From an uncultured Bacilli bacterium (lineage in GTDB: Bacteria; Bacillota_I; Bacilli_A; RF39; UBA660), in contig CANQFD010000001.1 of the NCBI GenBank assembly GCA_947598325.1, forward strand, positions 138,570 to 202,569: a stretch of DNA of 64,000 nt, in the 5' to 3' direction. This document shows positions 59,864-64,000 of the stretch, piece after piece. The position numbers and the translations under genes were made by a program. A model generated the notes under the pieces. The model made no database searches. It was not told where the DNA came from and saw only the letters and a list, made by a program, of their open reading frames with translations. Position 1 is the stretch's first letter; each line of letters begins with the position of its first letter.

Positions 59864-62161
59864 TTATTCTACTCTAAGTGCTTCAACAGGATTCTTTTTA
59901 CTAGCTATTTTAGATGGTATAAGACCTCCTATTGTTGTTAAAACAACACTTATTATTATTAATAATATAGCATGAATTATATTTAATTTAGCAACAGATG
60001 AAAGTCCTGATAACTCTTCAATAACATTATTTATTGGGATTGTTAAAAATATTGCACATACTATTCCAATTAAGCCTGATGTTAAACCAATTATAAATGT
60101 TTCTGCATTAAATACTCTTGATATATCTTTTTTTCTAGCACCTATTGCTCTTAATATTCCAATTTCTTTTGTTCTTTCAAGTACTGATATATATATTATT
60201 ATACTTATCATTATTGTAGATACAATAAGTGAAATACATGAAAATGCTATTAATACTATTGTTATAGCATCCATAATATTTCCTGACATTTTTGTTATTA
60301 ATTCTGCCTGATCAAGATATAAAATTTTATCTTCTTTACTTTTTCCTTTATTATATTTATCTAAATAACTTATAAGTTTATCTTTACAACTGAAATTTTT
60401 TGGATATATTTGTATATAACTTGGTATATTATTTGCTCCTAAATATGATAAAATCTGCTCTTTTTGTTTTATACCATCTTTAGTATTTAGATCAAATTTT
60501 TCCATTGTAATAACATTATAATTTTTATTTAATTGATCTTTTGCAATATTAGAATTACTATTTTCTTTTATAACATAATCCATAAGAGATTTTTTATATA
60601 CTAATCCACTACCAGATAATTTAGCAAAATCACTACCTTTTTTACCTCTTATAATAGCTGATATTCTAAGAGTCAATGTATTTTTACTTTGATATAAGGT
60701 TTCATAGTCATCCCTAGGAATATAATTTAAACCTGTATTTTTATAAAATTCGTCATTTAACACTATTTTAAATTCTTTATTAATTAGTTCATTAAAATCA
60801 ATCTTTTTTCTTTTATCATACCCAAGTACTTGTAATAGTGATTCATTAACCCTATTTTTAGTATCAACAAGTAAAAATAAATCTTCTTTTTTATCATCTA
60901 AATTTCCTTCTATAACTTCAAAATTATCATTAACAACATTACTTATACTACCATCTAAATTGGTTGGAAGTTGAAATAATATTTTATTTGAATCAATATA
61001 TTTTACTTCATTATTTATTTTGGTTAGTAAATTTAAATTAGATATATTTTGGTAAGAAATACCTCCTATTAAATCCTTATCTATTTTATTTAAATAATTT
61101 ATATAATCTTCTGTAATTTTATTTTCGTGAATTGAACTTGATACTGATTTAAGAGGATATATTTCTTTCTTTTTTGTATATTCTTTTAAATTATTATCTT
61201 CTTTTATTGTTTGAACACTAGTATCCATTGTCTCTTCACTAATTATAATTGGAGCTTGAGATAAAGTATCTTTTTCAAATTTATCTATTTGGATTTTAAA
61301 TCCATTTGACAATGATAAAATAAGTGCGATTCCCATTATACCTATACTAGATGCGAATGCTGTTATAAGTGTTCTTCCTTTTTTAGTTAAAATATTATTG
61401 AAAGATAAATTAAGAGCTGTTAAAAAGTTCATTGATGTTTTATTTAATTTATATTCTTTTTTCTCATCTTCATCATGTATAGGATTAGTATCACCTATAA
61501 TTTCACCATCTTTTAAATTTATTATTCTACTTGAATATTCTTTAGCAATTTCTGGATTATGAGTTACCATAATAACTAATTTGTTCTTTGATATTTCCTT
61601 TATTAAATCCATAATTTGTTTACTAGTTTTTGAATCAAGTGCTCCTGTTGGTTCATCTGCTAAAATTATATCAGGGTTATTTACAAGTGCTCTTGCAATT
61701 GCAACTCTTTGCATTTGTCCTCCTGATAATTGATTTGGTTTTTTATGAATATGATCTTTTAATCCAACTTTATTTAGCGCATCTATTGCCCTTTTTCTTC
61801 TTTTCTTTTTAGAAACACCGCTTAATGTCATACAAAGTTCTACATTGCTTAATATTGACATGTGACTAATTAAATTATAATTTTGAAATATAAAACCTAT
61901 GCTATTATTTCTATATGAATCTAAATCTCTATTTTTAAAGTTTTTAGTAGATTTTCCATTTATAATAAGATCTCCACTATCATATTTATCTAGACCTCCT
62001 ATTATATTTAAAAGTGTTGTTTTACCACTTCCTGATGGTCCTAAAATTGATACAAATTCATTATCTCTAAAGCTTAAATTTATATTATTTAAAACTGTTT
62101 GATTGAAAGAATTTGTATTATAACTCTTCTTTAAATTTTTTAATATAAGCATATTAAACAC
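59864..62161 (-). CDS. Fused ABC ATPase and FtsX/MacB-type permease
   Basis: GPSGSGKTT, LSGGQMQR, ADEPTGALD and C-terminal SVLERTKEIGILRAIGA. Confidence 0.92.
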   Translation of the reverse strand: MFNMLILKNLKKSYNTNSFNQTVLNNINLSFRDNEFVSILGPSGSGKTTLLNIIGGLDKYDSGDLIINGKSTKNFKNRDLDSYRNNSIGFIFQNYNLISHMSILSNVELCMTLSGVSKKKRRKRAIDALNKVGLKDHIHKKPNQLSGGQMQRVAIARALVNNPDIILADEPTGALDSKTSKQIMDLIKEISKNKLVIMVTHNPEIAKEYSSRIINLKDGEIIGDTNPIHDEDEKKEYKLNKTSMNFLTALNLSFNNILTKKGRTLITAFASSIGIMGIALILSLSNGFKIQIDKFEKDTLSQAPIIISEETMDTSVQTIKEDNNLKEYTKKKEIYPLKSVSSSIHENKITEDYINYLNKIDKDLIGGISYQNISNLNLLTKINNEVKYIDSNKILFQLPTNLDGSISNVVNDNFEVIEGNLDDKKEDLFLLVDTKNRVNESLLQVLGYDKRKKIDFNELINKEFKIVLNDEFYKNTGLNYIPRDDYETLYQSKNTLTLRISAIIRGKKGSDFAKLSGSGLVYKKSLMDYVIKENSNSNIAKDQLNKNYNVITMEKFDLNTKDGIKQKEQILSYLGANNIPSYIQIYPKNFSCKDKLISYLDKYNKGKSKEDKILYLDQAELITKMSGNIMDAITIVLIAFSCISLIVSTIMISIIIYISVLERTKEIGILRAIGARKKDISRVFNAETFIIGLTSGLIGIVCAIFLTIPINNVIEELSGLSSVAKLNIIHAILLIIISVVLTTIGGLIPSKIASKKNPVEALRVE

Positions 62162-62273
62162 TCCCTATAATGTATTATTAATAATACTATATTTTTATTT
62201 AAATGTCTATAAAAGAAAATTGATATTATGTAGATGAAAAATACAGATATTATGTGCCAATATATCTGTATTT

Positions 62274-62972
62274 TTATATTTTTATCATACTACTTATTTT
62301 ACTTATTACTTTTTTCTCTATCCTAGAAATATAGCTTTGTGATATACCTAAAAGTTCCGCTACTTCTTTTTGAGTTAATTCTTCGTTATTATTTAAACCA
62401 TATCTAAGTACCATTATTTGTTTATCTCTTTCATTCAATTTTCCAATTTCTTTAAGCATTATCTTTCTCATATCATTTTCTTCTAAATCTTTAGTTACTA
62501 TATCAGATTCAGTTCCTAAAATATCTTCTAAATGTAATTCATTTCCTTCTGAATCAAAGCTAAGTGATTCATCTAAAGATACATCTGCTTTTCTTTTTTT
62601 ATTTTTTCTTAGATACATAAGTATTTCATTATCTATACATCTTGATGCATATGTTGCAAGTTTTATATTTTTATCATTTTTATATGTATTAATTCCTTTA
62701 ATTAATCCTATAGTTCCTATTGAAACTAGATCTTCTAATTCAACTTTTGTATTTTCATACTTTTTTGATAAATATACAACTAATCTAAGATTATGTTCAA
62801 TTAGTTTATCCTTTGCACGCATATCGCCATTTTGAAACATTAAAAAATATTTTTCTTCTTCTTCTCTTGATAATGGTTCTGGAAGTATATCTGTACTTCC
62901 AACAAAAAATAACTCATTATATTTTTTAAATAATCTGCCAAGTAATACTTTAATAATATTTATCATATTCAT
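62274..62972 (-). CDS. sigE: Mother-cell sigma factor pro-SigE
   Basis: Pro-sequence, then GSTDILPEPLS, LIEHNLRLVVY, LATYASRCIDNEILMYLR and GISQSYISRIEK; ATGA overlap with spoIIGA. Confidence 0.95.
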   Translation of the reverse strand: MNMINIIKVLLGRLFKKYNELFFVGSTDILPEPLSREEEEKYFLMFQNGDMRAKDKLIEHNLRLVVYLSKKYENTKVELEDLVSIGTIGLIKGINTYKNDKNIKLATYASRCIDNEILMYLRKNKKRKADVSLDESLSFDSEGNELHLEDILGTESDIVTKDLEENDMRKIMLKEIGKLNERDKQIMVLRYGLNNNEELTQKEVAELLGISQSYISRIEKKVISKISSMIKI

Positions 62973-63745
62973 CCCTCCAGTAACATTTCATTTAAAATAC
63001 AATCTACCCCATCTATATTTATAGATGATAATCCTATTAAAACGTTATTTCTAAAACCTATACCATCTATATATATTTTCTTAGGTTTAATACATTTTAG
63101 TAACCCTTCTCCATTTATAGTATGGTAAGGAACTAAGATAGTTTTTTCTAAATTTTTAATTTTTTCTTTATTAATAATTATTATTGGAAATTTTCTATAT
63201 GGATCTACTAATTTATTTCCAGTATCTAAAAATGCATTAAATTCATAATTTTTTCCATTTTTTAAATATATGATAATTTTATAATACTTATTATGATTTA
63301 TTTTTAATTTTTTTATTTCAATAATATATTTGACTAATATAATAATAGATAATAATATAGCCATTATTATATTTATACTAAAACCATTTGAAATAAATAA
63401 TAGTCCTTCATTTTTATACAAAAATTGAATTCTTATGAAATATAAAATACCTCCTAGAATAATACTTATCATATATAAATAATATAGATTTTTAAAAAAA
63501 TAACTGATATTTTTAAATCTAAAACTTATTAATATCATTATGATACTTATTATCAATTTAAAGAAAAATAATCCTATGGTGTTAAGTCTTATAAATAAAG
63601 AAAAAATTGTTAAACTTCCAAATAGTGCTCCTAAAATTATTCTTATCATTTTAGTATTTCTCTTTAGTATTATAGATGTAGAAGTTAATATTATGAAGTC
63701 AAATAAAAAATTTGTAATAAATATTAGATCTAAATAAATTTTCAT
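62969..63745 (-). CDS. spoIIGA: Pro-SigE processing aspartic protease SpoIIGA
   Basis: IYLDLIFITNFLFD, multiple TM helices, AFLDTGNKLVDP and LVPYHTI. Confidence 0.93.
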   Translation of the reverse strand: MKIYLDLIFITNFLFDFIILTSTSIILKRNTKMIRIILGALFGSLTIFSLFIRLNTIGLFFFKLIISIIMILISFRFKNISYFFKNLYYLYMISIILGGILYFIRIQFLYKNEGLLFISNGFSINIIMAILLSIIILVKYIIEIKKLKINHNKYYKIIIYLKNGKNYEFNAFLDTGNKLVDPYRKFPIIIINKEKIKNLEKTILVPYHTINGEGLLKCIKPKKIYIDGIGFRNNVLIGLSSINIDGVDCILNEMLLEG

Positions 63746-63762
63746 TTTTCTTCACCATTTAA

Positions 63763-63796
63763 ATTATAAATAATATAAATTATAAATATTGTCGTT
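63763..63796 (-). promoter_or_regulatory. Possible Spo0A-dependent spoIIG promoter
   Basis: AACGACA (0A-box-like, 2 mismatches from TTCGACA) 21 bp before TATAAT, resembling the long spacing of Bacillus spoIIG. The AT-rich background makes a chance match plausible. Confidence 0.3.
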
Positions 63797-63816
63797 TTAA
63801 ATATAAAAAAGATTAT

Positions 63817-64000
63817 TTATTGAAACTTCTTACCTAGTATAGATTCTTTGTTTTGAAGTCCATTTAAATAATCTTTTACATTTATCTTTTTCTTACCTTC
63901 AAATTGAAGTGTTGTAATTATTATTTCTCCATCTTTTGTTTTAACACCTATTCCATCTTTATATAGATTTATTATTTCCCCTGTTTTTCCACTTTTATTA
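63817..64000 (-). CDS. fmt: Methionyl-tRNA formyltransferase, C-terminal 60 aa (starts beyond the window end)
   Basis: GEIINLYKDGIGVKTKDGEIIITTLQFEGKKKINVKDYLNG matches the Fmt C-terminal domain. Confidence 0.8.
   Translation of the reverse strand, partial: NKSGKTGEIINLYKDGIGVKTKDGEIIITTLQFEGKKKINVKDYLNGLQNKESILGKKFQ

Noticed and set aside
3197-63737. Many 60-160 aa ORFs antisense to or nested in long genes (e.g. 3197, 9716, 13481, 18426, 18911, 22614, 27329, 51864, 61899, 63540)
   Set aside because: They lie wholly or largely over well-supported genes, have shadow-like Ser/Leu/Ile/Phe composition, and show no convincing RBS or motif.
1-64000. TGA-as-Trp (code 4), CRISPR arrays, tRNA/rRNA genes, prophage or IS elements
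   Set aside because: Conserved genes are full-length under code 11 and several end in TGA. No regularly spaced repeats, structural RNA signatures, or phage or transposase motifs were seen.

Overview
Very AT-rich chromosomal segment of a Bacillota (class Bacilli) bacterium using the standard genetic code (TGA is a stop). The compact housekeeping set, short SMC, homodimeric GlyRS and type-2 IleRS, alongside sporulation genes, suggest an uncultured RF39-like gut lineage; this placement is inference. Most genes are on the minus strand and form rearranged pieces of the Bacillus yqe/yqf and ylm regions: fmt, spoIIGA-sigE, sigG, ylmC, rnc, smc, uvrC, mutL, miaA, rpsT/gpr-spoIIP, rpsU-yqeY-yqfC-yqfD, ybeY-dgkA-cdd-era-yqzL-recO, glyS, sepF-divIVA-ileS, sigK, prsW, yqeG-yqeH and dnaG-sigA-trmK. 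No rRNA, tRNA, CRISPR array, phage or transposase was seen. Main accessory signals: (1) a C39-peptidase ABC exporter followed by two unannotated double-glycine-type peptides inside a sporulation locus, with no adjacent immunity or regulator gene; (2) a 3517-aa surface protein built from a repeated module, ending in an SIQTG sorting signal, plus a class B sortase with Lys at the usual Arg position; (3) an Ile T-box whose first gene is a Ca2+/Na+ antiporter, ahead of a GIHH-motif IleRS; (4) a ZnuA-like lipoprotein with no histidines; (5) a duplicated lysozyme-fold gene and an ABC transporter inserted around sigG.
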